Shown here: in pieces, positions 51,298 through 62,590 of the stretch | How the letters are laid out: every line of letters starts with the position of its first letter | Numbering within the stretch: the first letter of the stretch is position 1 | NCBI GenBank assembly: GCA_963699705.1 | Contig: CAVOUW010000001.1 | Span: 33,929-97,928 of the forward strand | Source of the DNA: an uncultured delta proteobacterium | GTDB lineage: Bacteria; Desulfobacterota; Binatia; Binatales; Binataceae | Length of the DNA stretch: 64,000 bases | Direction of reading: 5' to 3' | Position numbers and translations under genes: made by a program | The notes under the pieces: generated by a model | The model's database searches: none | What the model was told of the DNA's origin: nothing | Seen by the model: the letters and a program-made list of their open reading frames with translations, nothing else

Positions 51298-52503
51298 TCA
51301 TAGAATTTGCGATTGCGCCGATGCCTCAGCCGCAATGATTCGTTCGAGCGCTTCCGCGCCGTAACGCGGGAACGTCTCGACCAGTTTTCGAAATCGCGCA
51401 AACAGGTAGCTCGAATCATGCGGCCCCGGCGAGGCCTCGGGATGGTACTGCACGGAAAAAAACGGCACGCCGGTTCCCTGCAATCCTTCGACCGTGTTGT
51501 CGTTCAAATTCAGATGCGACAGTATCGCGCGTCCTTTCAACGACTCGTCGTTAACCGCGAAGCCATGGTTCTGCGCCGTGATCTCGACGCGCCGCGTGCG
51601 CAGGTCCATCACCGGATGATTGGCGCCATGATGCCCAAAATCGAGCTTGTAAGTCTTGCCGCCCAGCGCCAGCCCCAACAACTGATGCCCGAGGCAAATT
51701 CCGAACACCGGCTTTTTGCCCAAAACGCCCGCGATGGCTCTGTAAGCGTACGGCAGCGCCGCGGGATCGCCAGGACCGTTCGAGAGAAAAACCCCGTCGG
51801 GATTGTGCGCCAGGATTTGCTCGGCACTCGACGTCGCGGGAATCACCTTGACGCGAAAACCGGTCGCGACAAGGCGGCGCAGAATGTTCAGCTTGATTCC
51901 ATAGTCGAGCGCGACGATCGCCGGCGCATCGCGCGTCTCCTCGCGACTCGCGCGGACGTGGCCGCTGCCCAATTTCCAATCGCCGAAATCCCAATCGTAG
52001 GCCTCGGCTGACGTAACCTCTTTGACGAGATCGCGGCCGACTAACCCGGGCGACGCTTTCGCCTTGCGCACCAGCGAGTCGGCGTCGAGATCGACGCTCG
52101 AGATCACCGCCTCCTGCGCGCCGCGCGTGCGGAGATGGCGTACCAGTGCGCGCGTGTCGATACCTTCGATACCCACCACGCCCGCATCTTCGAGGTACTT
52201 ACCAAGCGGCATCTCGGAGCGCCAGTTCGACGGCCGCTCCCAATATTCCTTGACGATGAAACCCTCGACGTACACGCGGCGCGACTCCGCGTCTTCGGCA
52301 TTGATTCCGACGTTGCCGATTTCCGGATACGTCATGCACACCAGCTGGCCCTTGTACGACGGATCTGTCAGGACTTCCTGGTAGCCGGTCATCGCGGTGT
52401 TGAAAACCGCTTCGCCGACCGTCTCGCCCACGGCACCGAAAGCGCGCCCGCGGAAAATTCGTCCGTCGGCCAGCGCGAGTATCGCTTCGCGTCCCTTGCT
52501 CAT
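51298..52503 (-). CDS. carA: Carbamoyl-phosphate synthase small subunit
   Basis: [29 protein letters not shown]. Confidence 0.96.
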   Translation of the reverse strand: MSKGREAILALADGRIFRGRAFGAVGETVGEAVFNTAMTGYQEVLTDPSYKGQLVCMTYPEIGNVGINAEDAESRRVYVEGFIVKEYWERPSNWRSEMPLGKYLEDAGVVGIEGIDTRALVRHLRTRGAQEAVISSVDLDADSLVRKAKASPGLVGRDLVKEVTSAEAYDWDFGDWKLGSGHVRASREETRDAPAIVALDYGIKLNILRRLVATGFRVKVIPATSSAEQILAHNPDGVFLSNGPGDPAALPYAYRAIAGVLGKKPVFGICLGHQLLGLALGGKTYKLDFGHHGANHPVMDLRTRRVEITAQNHGFAVNDESLKGRAILSHLNLNDNTVEGLQGTGVPFFSVQYHPEASPGPHDSSYLFARFRKLVETFPRYGAEALERIIAAEASAQSQIL

Positions 52504-52510
52504 CGCTCCG

Positions 52511-53866
52511 CTACACTTTCCTCCCGTCGTAAACAATTTCGCCGCCAACAATAGTCAGAACCGCCTTGCCCTTCAGGCGCATCCCGGTAAACGGAGTGTT
52601 GCGGCTCTTTGAAAGAAACTTTTCCGGCGCGACGGTCCATTCGAGATTCGGATCGATCAGCGTGACGTCCGCAGTCGCGCCAACCGCAAGCGTCCCAGCC
52701 TCGAGTCGCAGCAACGCCGCTGGATTAACCGACATCATCTCAATCAGGCGCGTCGGCTCTATTAACGATCGATGCACCAGTTGAAGCGCGAGCCCGAGCG
52801 CGGTCTCGAGACCGACGACTCCATTCGCCGCATGAGCGAACTCCTCTGCGCTGTCATGGTCGAGATGCGGCACCGAATGCGCCGGGCCGAAATATGCTCC
52901 GAGTTGCTCCATTCGCTTCGACTTGGGATCGTGCGGCGCATGGTCGGTAGCGATCATGTCGATAGTACCGTCCCGAATCGCAGCGAGCAGGCCTTCGACG
53001 TCGGCTTGACTTCGCAGCGGCGGGTTCATCTTCGCGTTCGGCCCCCATATCATCGCCGCGCTTTCGTCCAGGGTGAAATGATGAGGCGTCACTTCGCACG
53101 TGACCTGCGCGCCATGCCGGCGTGCGGCGCGGATGAGGTCGAGCGACTCGGGCGTCGACACGTGACAGACGTGAACCGCCGCGCCCGAACCGATCGCCAG
53201 CGCGAGATCGCGACGCACGCGCTGCGATTCCGCCGAATCCGAATAGCCACTGACCCCAAGATGCTTCGACACGGCGCCGGCGTTCAATGCTCCGTGGCAC
53301 GACAGCGCGCGATCCTCTTCGTGCAGCGCGACCGCATATCCGAGCCGCTTCGCTTCATCCAACGCGCGCGACAGAACCATCGCATTGTCGATGGGAATGC
53401 CATCGTCTGAAAACAATCGCGCCCCCGCTTCAATCATCGCAGCGAAATCCACCGGATCGATTCCGCGAAGTCCATGCGTGACTGCCGAAACCGGCACCAA
53501 CCGGGCCGAGTGGGCTTCGCGGGCGCGCTCGAGCATGTAACGCGTCGTTGCGGGATTGTCATTGACCGGCGACGTATTCGCCATCGCCGCGACGGTTGTG
53601 AATCCACCAGCCGCGGCAGCGCGCAGGCCCGTTTGGATCGTTTCCTTTTCGGGGAAGCCGGGGTCGCGCAAATGTACGTGCGGATCGATCAGGCCAGGAA
53701 CGATCCAGCATCCGCTCGCGTCAACTATAGTTGCGTCGGGCGGATTTGTCGGCGTCCCGGGTTCGACCGCTGCGATCTCGCCATCGCGCAACAACACGTC
53801 GTACTTGCCGTCGAGTGCGTTGGCGGGATCGATTACTCGACCTCCCTTGAGCAGAATCGAGTTCAA
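52511..53866 (-). CDS. pyrC: Dihydroorotase
   Basis: [35 protein letters not shown]. Confidence 0.93.
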   Translation of the reverse strand: MNSILLKGGRVIDPANALDGKYDVLLRDGEIAAVEPGTPTNPPDATIVDASGCWIVPGLIDPHVHLRDPGFPEKETIQTGLRAAAAGGFTTVAAMANTSPVNDNPATTRYMLERAREAHSARLVPVSAVTHGLRGIDPVDFAAMIEAGARLFSDDGIPIDNAMVLSRALDEAKRLGYAVALHEEDRALSCHGALNAGAVSKHLGVSGYSDSAESQRVRRDLALAIGSGAAVHVCHVSTPESLDLIRAARRHGAQVTCEVTPHHFTLDESAAMIWGPNAKMNPPLRSQADVEGLLAAIRDGTIDMIATDHAPHDPKSKRMEQLGAYFGPAHSVPHLDHDSAEEFAHAANGVVGLETALGLALQLVHRSLIEPTRLIEMMSVNPAALLRLEAGTLAVGATADVTLIDPNLEWTVAPEKFLSKSRNTPFTGMRLKGKAVLTIVGGEIVYDGRKV

Positions 53867-55851
53867 TGCGCCGCCTCGGGTTCTTTCATCGGTTCGACGA
53901 TTGAATAAATTGTTACATGGTCGTGGGTTCTGGCTTTCGGATCGCTGCCGCCGGTGCCGAGGCGCACCTGGACGCGCTCGGTGCGCGAGGTCGGGATGTT
54001 CTTGCCGACATAGTTCGGCCGGATCGGGACTGCGCGATGCCCGCGATCGATCAACACCGCCAGCTTGACCGCGGCTGGACGCCCGCGCTGCCAGATTGTC
54101 GCCATCGCGCGCTGCACGGTCCATCCGCTGTTAATCACGTCGTCAACGAGGACGATCGTGCGGTCTTCGACGACGAAGGTTTCGGTGCCATCGATTGGAT
54201 GCAGCGGATCGTCCGGCTTGTACACGTCGAGAGCGGCGCACGGCGGAAAAACCTTGGTCTTGGATCCGATCAGTTCGCGTAATCGAAGCGCGAGCATCGC
54301 TCCGCGACTGACGACGCCGACGATCGAGACGCTCGGCATGTCGAGCACGTCGGCAATCACCTGGTCGGCGAGCGATTCGATCGCGCGAACCACTTCCTGC
54401 TCATTCATAATTTCGCGCTGCGGGCCGCGCTTGTAGGGTTCGTAGCCGCCTTCCTCGGCCTGCTTGACGCTGTCGAACACCGCCAGCGAACCTTCTTCGA
54501 TCCACTGGCGCACATAGCCTTGGAGGTTTTCGTCGAAGCGGTAGTAGCGATGCGAGCGCGCATGACCCACGTACTCGGTCTTCAATTCGCGTTCGCAGTA
54601 GTCGCATTTCAGCGCGAGCACGCTAGTATCCGCGCTCCGCCCGAGCGTGAAGCGCGGAGCCAGATAAGCGCCTTCGAAACGCGTGATGCAGTTCAGATTA
54701 GAGCATCGCGGCGGCGACTCGGCCTTGAAACGAATCGGCTCAGCGGTCACGCGCGGACTGGTAGAGGTGGCGGTGGCTTTTTCCATCAGCCATGCAATCA
54801 AAGCCATCCGGACCGGCACACCGGCGGCAGCTTGCTCGAAATAGACCGCGCGCGGATCGGCATCAAGCTCGTACGCAAGTTCGTTGGTCCGCGGCAACGG
54901 ATGCATCACGACGGCTTCGCTGGTGCGACTGGTGCGAAGCGCGCGCGCGTCGAAGCGGACGTACTCGCCCGCGCCGGCTTCCTTGCCCGACATGCGTTCC
55001 TTCTGCAATCGCGTCACGTAAAAGGCGTCGAGAGAGGTCGGCGGTTCGCTCGCGGGAATTTTTTGAAGCGCATCGCCCCCGGTGAAGAGCGCCATCTGAT
55101 GCGGCGCGCTGGGAGTCAGGTAGAGCGCGTCGAGCCCGCCCGCCAGCGACTTCAGCTCGTCCATCGTGACAGTCGAGAAGCTGTAATTGCGCTCGGCGGC
55201 GAGCCGCTCGAGGACGTAGTCGGGAACGTCCATGCCGCTGGTGGGTACGGCGACGATGTTCGCGCCGAAACGCGCGAGCGCATAGATGAGCGAGTGCACA
55301 GTGCGGCCGAATTTGAGATCGCCGCATAGCGCGACCGTCAGTCCCTTCAGGTGGCCCTTCTTTTTGCGCAGGATGTAGAGATCGCACAGCGTCTGAGTGG
55401 GATGCTCGCGGCTACCGTCGCCGGCGTTGAGTACCGGGCATGGCGCGTACTCGGCAGCGACGCGCGCTGCACCGTCATGCGGATGCCGCAGCACGATCAG
55501 GTCGGCATAGCCGGCGACGACGCGGACGGTGTCGGCGAGGCTCTCGCCTTTGGCGGCGGAGCTTGCCTGCATATCGGCCGAGCTGATCACGGCGCCGCCG
55601 AGGCGATGCATCGAGGACTCGAAGCTGAGACGCGTGCGGGTCGAAGGCTCGTAGAAGAGCGTCGCCATGATGAGGCCGGCGGCGGTCGTGATCTGTTCGC
55701 CGCGCTCGAGCCGGGCGGAGAAGTCGTCGGCGAGCGCAAACACGCGTTCGATGTCCGAGGTCTCGAGATCCTCGATCGAAACGACGTCAAATTTTGCCAG
55801 CCGTGACACTTTAGTATTCGGCGCGTTTTGGGTGCGCGCGTTCGACCTCAT
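53863..55851 (-). CDS. pyrB: Aspartate carbamoyltransferase fused to PyrI-like Zn domain and PyrR-like PRTase domain
   Basis: [42 protein letters not shown]; CSNLNC...CDYCE; [27 protein letters not shown]. Confidence 0.9.
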   Translation of the reverse strand: MRSNARTQNAPNTKVSRLAKFDVVSIEDLETSDIERVFALADDFSARLERGEQITTAAGLIMATLFYEPSTRTRLSFESSMHRLGGAVISSADMQASSAAKGESLADTVRVVAGYADLIVLRHPHDGAARVAAEYAPCPVLNAGDGSREHPTQTLCDLYILRKKKGHLKGLTVALCGDLKFGRTVHSLIYALARFGANIVAVPTSGMDVPDYVLERLAAERNYSFSTVTMDELKSLAGGLDALYLTPSAPHQMALFTGGDALQKIPASEPPTSLDAFYVTRLQKERMSGKEAGAGEYVRFDARALRTSRTSEAVVMHPLPRTNELAYELDADPRAVYFEQAAAGVPVRMALIAWLMEKATATSTSPRVTAEPIRFKAESPPRCSNLNCITRFEGAYLAPRFTLGRSADTSVLALKCDYCERELKTEYVGHARSHRYYRFDENLQGYVRQWIEEGSLAVFDSVKQAEEGGYEPYKRGPQREIMNEQEVVRAIESLADQVIADVLDMPSVSIVGVVSRGAMLALRLRELIGSKTKVFPPCAALDVYKPDDPLHPIDGTETFVVEDRTIVLVDDVINSGWTVQRAMATIWQRGRPAAVKLAVLIDRGHRAVPIRPNYVGKNIPTSRTERVQVRLGTGGSDPKARTHDHVTIYSIVEPMKEPEAAH

Positions 55852-56396
55852 TTTCCGTTTGCGTTTCCAATCACGACCGCGTCTGCGCCGTCTATCTCAG
55901 TGAGCCGCACGTAAACGCGCTGGCCGCGTGGGGCCTGGATGTTCTTGCCGACGTAGTCGGCGCGAATCGGAAGCTCGCGATCGCCGCGATCGACCAGCAC
56001 CGCGAGCTGGACCGATTCCGCCCGGCCCAAATCTGAAATCGCGTCGAGTGCGGCGCGCACAGTGCGCCCTGTGTAGAGCACGTCGTCAACCAGCACGACG
56101 CGCTTGCCGTCGAGCGAGAAAGGGATGTCGCGTCCAATCAGGCGCGGGTCGCCGGGCGCTCCTTTGCCGTCATCGCGGTAGGACGAGATGTCCAGCGTGC
56201 CGACCGGAACCTGACGCTTGCCGTTGGTGCGCAACTCGTCGGCGATCCGTTCGGCAAGCGTCGCGCCGCGCCGAACGATTCCGACCAGCACGACATTGTC
56301 GGCGCCGCCGTTGCGCTCGGCGATCTCCATCGCGATTCGCTTGACGGAACGCCCGACCTGGGCAGCGTCGAGGGCGACGTTGGACGCCGCACTCAT
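55848..56396 (-). CDS. pyrR: Pyrimidine operon regulator / uracil PRTase
   Basis: [41 protein letters not shown]. Confidence 0.93.
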   Translation of the reverse strand: MSAASNVALDAAQVGRSVKRIAMEIAERNGGADNVVLVGIVRRGATLAERIADELRTNGKRQVPVGTLDISSYRDDGKGAPGDPRLIGRDIPFSLDGKRVVLVDDVLYTGRTVRAALDAISDLGRAESVQLAVLVDRGDRELPIRADYVGKNIQAPRGQRVYVRLTEIDGADAVVIGNANGK

Positions 56397-56406
56397 CGCG
56401 ACACCC

Positions 56407-56437
56407 AAAAAAAATCCCGGCTGCAAAAACAGCCGGG
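56407..56437 (-). terminator. Attenuator terminator in the pyr leader
   Basis: Minus strand CCCGGCTG-loop-CAGCCGGG, then A and T8, 10 nt before the pyrR ATG. Confidence 0.8.
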
Positions 56438-56465
56438 TCGGGAAACATACACTTTCATTGTCATT

Positions 56466-56496
56466 CCTTTTCGCTATCTCAGTAGCGGATTAAAGG
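56466..56496 (-). promoter_or_regulatory. PyrR-binding-loop-like RNA element
   Basis: Minus strand CCTTTAATC-CGCTA-CTGAGA-TAGCG-AAAAGG, same architecture as Bacillus PyrR binding loops. Confidence 0.75.
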
Positions 56497-56503
56497 TGAT
56501 TAG

Positions 56504-56532
56504 AATTTATGATCGCAAAAGATGTGCGTCAA
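56504..56532 (-). promoter_or_regulatory. Sigma70-type promoter of the pyr operon
   Basis: TTGACG-N17-TAAATT; predicted start just before the binding loop. Confidence 0.65.
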
Positions 56533-56657
56533 CCCCACTGCTCACAATAACGGCTGAATTTCACACAGCGCATGCATCGCTCAGCGTTTTCTTGTATAAC
56601 CTCGCATCAACCAGGAGAAGTTGCACGCAAGGGTTTCCGGTCGAAGGAGGAACGGTC

Positions 56658-56899
56658 ATGCGAAACAAGGACAGGGAGTTCGACTGCTTTTGAGGTAACC
56701 AGCAAGCGCCGAAGAGGGTACGCTTCGGAGACCGCAGTGAAGCGAGGACGTCGGTCGGTGCACGGAAATAAGGAGCTGATGGAAAAACTCGGCCGCAATG
56801 ATCTATGTCCGTGCGGTTCCGGACGGTGCTTTTAAGCGATGCTGTCTTAGCAGCGGTCGGTACGACGGATCTATCCGCAACTACTACCTTAGGGAATGA
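56658..56899 (+). CDS. SEC-C zinc-binding small protein (79 aa) read through two +1 frame changes
   Basis: SD AAGGAGG + ATG at 56658; TGC-TTT-TGA at 56685-56693 and TGC-TTT-TAA at 56827-56835; joined motif [18 protein letters not shown]. Confidence 0.75.
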
Positions 56900-56903
56900 G
56901 CAC

Positions 56904-56935
56904 AAGCGGGGCATTTCGAATGCCCCGCTTTTTTT
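56904..56935 (+). terminator. Intrinsic terminator after the SEC-C gene
   Basis: AAGCGGGGCAT-TTCGA-ATGCCCCGCTT running into a T7 tract. Confidence 0.88.
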
Positions 56936-56994
56936 GCGTCAAGCGATACGATCAGTGCAGCGTTTGCGTTCACGCTTTGCTTGGAGTTGGTCGA

Positions 56995-58296
56995 TTAGTG
57001 CGATTTCTCGAAAGCTTCTTCCATTGCGGCGGCTTCTAACGACAGGCCGCGGGTTTCGGGGAGCGTGAGTGCGACGATTATCGCGTTGGGGATCGCGAGC
57101 AGGCTTAGGTAGCCGACCACGACTGAGAGGCCGCCGAGGTGCGTGGCGAGAATTGCGATCAAGGTCTGGGCTGTGACTGAAGCGACGGCGCCGATCAGCG
57201 AATACCAGCCCATCATCGCGCCGCGGATTGCGGTGGGAAAAAGTTCGGTGCCGAGCGAGTTGCCGCCCACCTGGCCTCCGCTCAGGCCGGCGGTGAAACA
57301 GCAGTACGTGACCTCGATCCATAGCCAGCCAAGCGGCAAGTGTGCGGGCGGACCCCAATAGAAGGCGATCGCGCCGAGACTGGTCATCACGCTCGAAACG
57401 AAGATTGTCGGGATGCGGCCGTAACGCTCGCATCCTCGCGCGCCGAGCGGAAAGCCGAGCATCCCGACGCCGCCGCCGACCAGCATCAGGCCGCTGGCGA
57501 GGCCCGGCTTCAATCCCACGACCGAGACCAGGTGGAAATACGCCCAACTGCTGGCCGCGATACCCGCGATATTGCCGAGCAAGGAGCAGAACAGAACCGT
57601 GACTGCGCGGCGTCGATAGAACTTTCCGAACACGTCGTAGAAGCTGCTGGCCGCGGTCGTGCCGCTCGCGGCGGCGCGTTGCCATCGGCCGCTTTCCGTG
57701 ATGACCCGGGACGCTCTTCGCAGCCCGACCATTCCCATCACCGACGCCAGCACGAGCATCCATCGCCATGAATGATGACTCGTCACCATCGGCATCAGGG
57801 TCAGGCACAAGCCGCCGCCGAGACCGAGACCCAGCCCACCCCAGCTCTGCCCGCGCGCGCGCATCTCGATGGGGAGTTCCTCGGCCAGGATAACCACGCC
57901 GCCGGAGACCGTGGCGCCGATGAAAGCGAAGAGTGCGATCTCGCACAGCGCGAAGGCCGCGTAGTTAGTCGCGACCGCCGCCGCGAGCGCGCTCACTGAA
58001 GTGCCGGCCATACTCACCAGCAGCATCCGGCGGCGTCCCAGCCGATCGATCATCCGCGACAGTCCGAGCGCGCCGATCGCAGAGATCGAAATCCATGCGA
58101 ACAGAGTCGCGATTCCGGACTCGCCGAGGTTAAAGCTCTTTGCGATGAAAGGTGCGCCGATGCCGTTGATCGACATCGCGAAGCCCTGGAAAACAAAGAC
58201 GGTCGCGATCGAGGTGACGAGCTGACGAGTGTTCGGCGCGGAGGCCTGGTCGCCGCTGCCGCGCGCAGCCTCAGCGAGGTTGGCGACGGAACTCAC
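56995..58296 (-). CDS. MFS transporter
   Basis: DRLGRRR and ERYGRIP loops, ELFPTAIRG, LPETRG; many TM segments. Confidence 0.9.
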   Translation of the reverse strand: MSSVANLAEAARGSGDQASAPNTRQLVTSIATVFVFQGFAMSINGIGAPFIAKSFNLGESGIATLFAWISISAIGALGLSRMIDRLGRRRMLLVSMAGTSVSALAAAVATNYAAFALCEIALFAFIGATVSGGVVILAEELPIEMRARGQSWGGLGLGLGGGLCLTLMPMVTSHHSWRWMLVLASVMGMVGLRRASRVITESGRWQRAAASGTTAASSFYDVFGKFYRRRAVTVLFCSLLGNIAGIAASSWAYFHLVSVVGLKPGLASGLMLVGGGVGMLGFPLGARGCERYGRIPTIFVSSVMTSLGAIAFYWGPPAHLPLGWLWIEVTYCCFTAGLSGGQVGGNSLGTELFPTAIRGAMMGWYSLIGAVASVTAQTLIAILATHLGGLSVVVGYLSLLAIPNAIIVALTLPETRGLSLEAAAMEEAFEKSH

Positions 58297-58445
58297 GTCA
58301 TCGGGGCCAGGCGTTGCAGGTTGATAGGCACGATCCTCCGATCAGAACTTGCCTCGAAGCTGGCACGGCACGCGATGAAAGACCACAGGCGTCATGTTAC
58401 TGAAGTAACACCGTTCAGTTAATTTAATTTCGCAGTGCTTGTGAT

Positions 58446-59045
58446 TTATGCGCCGCGCTTGCGTTCGAGTTTTCGCAAGCGCTGATCCTGGTCGCGGGTT
58501 TGGACTGTGATCCGATCGTCGAAGCGATCGAATTTGCGGGCGAGGTCGGCCAACGATTTGCTGGTGTGCTTCAGTTCAGCGCCGAGTTTCTTCGCGGCCA
58601 TCTCGGCTGACATAGCGATTTCGCGCTTGAGAATTTTCGTCGTATCCGTGCCTGAGTCAGCGGCTTGCTTGCCGGTCGATGCGACGGCGCGTGCGGCTTC
58701 TTCGCGAAACTCGATTGCTCTCTCGGCAAATTCGCCACGCAGGCCCGTCTGCACGGCGACCAGATCTTCGCGGAAATCGACGCGCGCCTTGCCGAGCGCC
58801 TCGCCCAGTCGAATCATTTCGGCGCCGAGGTCGTCATGCGTAGCCACGATGCTCCGCCGATTTTCGGCGATTTGCTCGGACAGGAAGCGAATCTGACCGC
58901 CGACTTCGGCGAACTGGCCGAAGATCTCGTCGCGCAGCGTGTCGAGACGGCCGCCAAAACCCGAGACCGCCTCAACCACCAGATCGAAGCGCGCGCCGAG
59001 CTCCTCGAGGATCGCGCCAATCCGGTTCACCGCTTCGTCCGCCAC
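58446..59045 (-). CDS. Hypothetical coiled-coil protein
   Basis: Helical heptad-like sequence; directly follows lepB on the same strand. Confidence 0.65.
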   Translation of the reverse strand: MADEAVNRIGAILEELGARFDLVVEAVSGFGGRLDTLRDEIFGQFAEVGGQIRFLSEQIAENRRSIVATHDDLGAEMIRLGEALGKARVDFREDLVAVQTGLRGEFAERAIEFREEAARAVASTGKQAADSGTDTTKILKREIAMSAEMAAKKLGAELKHTSKSLADLARKFDRFDDRITVQTRDQDQRLRKLERKRGA

Positions 59046-59072
59046 CTGATTTCCCCCTGCCTATTAACCGGG

Positions 59073-59822
59073 TTAGTGCACGATCATCCCGAGACGATCC
59101 CATCTAATGTACTCGAACCACAGGAAGAACTCGCTGAGCGTCGATGCCGCGTCTGCCTTCTCTTCATTCCAGGGCAGATAAATGATCGTGGCGCGTCCCT
59201 CGACGTCGTTGAGATCGACGAAGCCCCAAAAGCGGCTGTCGTAGCTGCGGTCGCGATTGTCGCCCATCATGAAAAGCTTGCCCGGCGGGACGGTGACGGG
59301 GCCGAAGTTGTCGCGCGGCGAAACCGGCGAGCGATCGGTGTCGGCGACCTCGCGATGCGCGTGCGGATCGTCCATCGGCGAGCCGTTGAGCCACACGACG
59401 CCGTTCTTCACGGCAACAGTATCGCCGCCGACGCCGATCACGCGCTTGATGAAATCCTTGGTGCGATCGGGCGGGAAGACGAACACGACCACGTCGCCGC
59501 GATGGACCGGTTCGAGATGGAAAACATACTGACCCAGCGGCAAGCCGGGAATCTCGATGCCGAAAATCGAATCGGGCATCCGCAATCCGAAAACAATCTT
59601 ATTGACGAGGATGTGATCGCCGATGAGCAGCGTCGGTTCCATCGAGCCCGACGGAATTTTGTAAGCCTGGACGAAAAATGTGCGGATGAAGACCGCGAGC
59701 ACGAGCGCGATGATCATCGCCTCGCCGTATTCGCGCGCGACCGACTTCTGCGCAGGCGCGCGATCGGCCTCGCGGGCGTTCAGCGGCTGTATTTTGGATA
59801 TGTTGCGTGCTGGCTCGGCCAC
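59073..59822 (-). CDS. lepB: Signal peptidase I
   Basis: IPSGSMEPTL, DFIKRVIG, MGDNRDRSYDSRFWG. Confidence 0.95.
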   Translation of the reverse strand: MAEPARNISKIQPLNAREADRAPAQKSVAREYGEAMIIALVLAVFIRTFFVQAYKIPSGSMEPTLLIGDHILVNKIVFGLRMPDSIFGIEIPGLPLGQYVFHLEPVHRGDVVVFVFPPDRTKDFIKRVIGVGGDTVAVKNGVVWLNGSPMDDPHAHREVADTDRSPVSPRDNFGPVTVPPGKLFMMGDNRDRSYDSRFWGFVDLNDVEGRATIIYLPWNEEKADAASTLSEFFLWFEYIRWDRLGMIVH

Positions 59823-59829
59823 TGCTGCC

Positions 59830-61632
59830 CTACTCCCCGACCTTGAGCAGGGCCAGGAAAGCCTCTTGCGGAATCTCGACGCGTCCAACTTGTTTCATCC
59901 GCTTTTTGCCTTCCTTTTGCTTCTCGAGCAGCTTTCGTTTTCGCGTGATATCGCCGCCGTAACATTTGGCGGTGACGTTCTTACGCAGCGCCTTGACGGA
60001 TTCGCGCGCGATGATCTTGGCGCCGATTCCCGCTTGAATCGCGACTTCGAACATCTGGCGCGGGATCAACTCGCGCATCTTTTCGCACAACGCCCGGCCT
60101 CGTTCGTAAGCCTTGTCGCGATGCACGATTATCGAAAGCGCGTCAACCACCTCGCCGTTAATCCGTATATCCAATTTAACCAGAGGCCCTGCCCGGAAGT
60201 CCAGAAACTCGTAATCCAGCGACGCGTAGCCGCGACTCACCGATTTCAGCCGATCGTAAAAATCGAAGACGATCTCGGCCAGCGGCAATTCGTAATGCAG
60301 GATGACGCGCTTCTCGCCGAGGAAGCGCAAGTCGCGCTGGATGCCGCGGCGATCCTCGCACAGCTTCATCACGGCGCCGAGATACTCCTCGGGCATGTGG
60401 ATAGACGTGAGGATGAAGGGCTCCTCGATCGCCTCGATGGTGTTTTCGTCGGGCAGATGCGCGGGATTATCGACCGTCGTCAGCGCGCCGGAAATCGTGC
60501 GCACCTGGTAGGCGACCGTCGGCGCGGTGACGATCAGGTTGATGCCGAATTCGCGCTCGAGCCGCTCCTGCGCGATCTCCATGTGCAGCAGCCCGAGGAA
60601 TCCCGCGCGGAAGCCGAAGCCGAGCGCCTGCGAAGTCTCAGGCTCGCAGATGAGGCTCGCGTCGTTCAGCCGCAATTTTTCGATCGCATCGCGCAACGCA
60701 CCGTACTGATTCGCCTCGGTCGGATACAGCCCCGCAAAGACCATCGGCTTCAACTCTTTGAAGCCCGGCAGCGGCGCGACGGCGGGATTGTCGGCGTCGG
60801 TAATCGTGTCGCCGACGCGCATGTCCGCGACGGTTTTGATATTCGCGACGATGAAGCCGACCTCGCCCGGGCCGAGCGTATCGGCGCGTCGCTCGTGCGG
60901 CGTGAAATGTCCGAGCCGCATCACCTCACCGAGCTTGTCGGTACCCATCAGGCGCACTTTCATCCCGACGCGAAGCTCGCCGCCGAAGACGCGCACCAGG
61001 CCGATCACGCCCTCATACACGTCGTACCAACTGTCAAAGATGAGCGCGCGGACACTGTTCTCGTTGGTAGGCTTCGGCGCAGGAATCCGTTTGACGATCG
61101 CTTCGAGGACTTCCTCGATGCCGACGCCTTCCTTGGCGCTGGTGAGAATCGCGTCGGAGGCGTCGAGCCCGATGATTTCCTCGATTTGCTGCTTGGTGCG
61201 CTCGATATCGGCACCGGGCAAGTCGATCTTGTTGATCACCGGAATAATTTCCAGGCCGTGATCGAGCGCGAGATAAACGTTGGCGAGCGTCTGCGCCTCG
61301 ACCCCCTGGCTCGCGTCGACGACTAGCAGCGCGCCTTCGCACGCGGCGAGACTGCGCGAGACTTCATACGCAAAATCGACGTGGCCGGGAGTGTCGATCA
61401 GGTTGAGAACGTAAGCCTTGCTATCTTTGGCCGTGTAGTTGAGGCGAACCGAGCGCGCCTTGATCGTAATCCCGCGCTCACGCTCGAGGTCCATCGAGTC
61501 GAGGAACTGATCCTTCGACTCGCGCATCGTGAGCGCGCCGGTGCGCTCGAGGATTCGATCGGCGAGCGTGGACTTGCCGTGATCGATATGCGCGATGATC
61601 GAAAAGTTGCGAATCGAGGCAGCTTCGGTCAT
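59830..61632 (-). CDS. lepA: Elongation factor 4
   Basis: [37 protein letters not shown]. Confidence 0.97.
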   Translation of the reverse strand: MTEAASIRNFSIIAHIDHGKSTLADRILERTGALTMRESKDQFLDSMDLERERGITIKARSVRLNYTAKDSKAYVLNLIDTPGHVDFAYEVSRSLAACEGALLVVDASQGVEAQTLANVYLALDHGLEIIPVINKIDLPGADIERTKQQIEEIIGLDASDAILTSAKEGVGIEEVLEAIVKRIPAPKPTNENSVRALIFDSWYDVYEGVIGLVRVFGGELRVGMKVRLMGTDKLGEVMRLGHFTPHERRADTLGPGEVGFIVANIKTVADMRVGDTITDADNPAVAPLPGFKELKPMVFAGLYPTEANQYGALRDAIEKLRLNDASLICEPETSQALGFGFRAGFLGLLHMEIAQERLEREFGINLIVTAPTVAYQVRTISGALTTVDNPAHLPDENTIEAIEEPFILTSIHMPEEYLGAVMKLCEDRRGIQRDLRFLGEKRVILHYELPLAEIVFDFYDRLKSVSRGYASLDYEFLDFRAGPLVKLDIRINGEVVDALSIIVHRDKAYERGRALCEKMRELIPRQMFEVAIQAGIGAKIIARESVKALRKNVTAKCYGGDITRKRKLLEKQKEGKKRMKQVGRVEIPQEAFLALLKVGE

Positions 61633-61633
61633 T

Positions 61634-62575
61634 TCAACTCGGGCGGTCGCGTTGCTGCTTGAAATATTTGAAGGTCTCTTCCAGTCCGTCGGCGAGCTTC
61701 TTCTCCGGCCGCCATCCGAGTTCCTTTTGCGCGCGCGCGGGCGAGATGACCGAGCGCTTCTGTTCGCCGCCGCGCGCCGGCGCGTGCTCGGCCTTGGTCG
61801 GGAAGTCGGCGATGCTCGCGAGCGTCGAATATAGATCGTTCACGGTAGTCTCGATCCCGGTACCGACGTTGAGTGCGATTCCCGATGCGTTCGATTGCGA
61901 CGCGGCGACCACGGCTCGCACAACGTCACCGACGTAAACGTAGTCGCGGGTCTGCGTGCCGTCGCCAAAAATCGTCACCGGCTGGCCGTCGAGGATCTTC
62001 CCGCAGAAAATCGAGATGACGCCCGCTTCGCCGTGCGGGTCCTGGCGCGGTCCGTACACGTTGCCAAATCGCAGCGCCAGGTAGTCGATGTTGTATTCGA
62101 CCTTGTAAAAAAATAGATACGCTTCGGTCGCCAGCTTGGCGACTCCGTAAGGGCTCACCGGGCGCTTCGGATGATCCTCGGTGCAGGGGAACTCGTCCTG
62201 CTCGCCATAAATCGCGCCGCCCGTTGACGAAAAGACCACACGCTTGAGGCCATGCTTGCGTGCCGCTTCGATCAGGTTGAGAAACCCGACCACGTTCACC
62301 TGCGCGTCGAACGCAGGGTCGGCGACTGAGCGCCGCACGTCCATCTGCGCCGCGAGATGGAAAATAATCTCGGGCCGCGCTTTTTCAACCACTGAGGTAA
62401 TTGCTGCCGCATCACGCAGATCGGTCTGATACAGCGTAGCTTTCGGGTTCACCTGGTGGCGCTTGCCGGTCGAAAAATTGTCCAGCACCGAAACTTCGCC
62501 CGCGCCGGAAGCGACCAACGCATCCACCGTGTGCGAGCCGATAAAGCCGGCGCCGCCGGTCACCAGAATTCTCAT
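61634..62575 (-). CDS. NAD-dependent epimerase/dehydratase (GalE-like)
   Basis: [25 protein letters not shown]. Confidence 0.9.
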   Translation of the reverse strand: MRILVTGGAGFIGSHTVDALVASGAGEVSVLDNFSTGKRHQVNPKATLYQTDLRDAAAITSVVEKARPEIIFHLAAQMDVRRSVADPAFDAQVNVVGFLNLIEAARKHGLKRVVFSSTGGAIYGEQDEFPCTEDHPKRPVSPYGVAKLATEAYLFFYKVEYNIDYLALRFGNVYGPRQDPHGEAGVISIFCGKILDGQPVTIFGDGTQTRDYVYVGDVVRAVVAASQSNASGIALNVGTGIETTVNDLYSTLASIADFPTKAEHAPARGGEQKRSVISPARAQKELGWRPEKKLADGLEETFKYFKQQRDRPS

Positions 62576-62590
62576 ATTCGTGTCCTTGTC

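Noticed and set aside
56691-56772. Selenocysteine or stop readthrough at the TGA
   Set aside because: In-frame readthrough reaches TAA after about 25 codons with no motif; the SEC-C motif is in the +1 frame.
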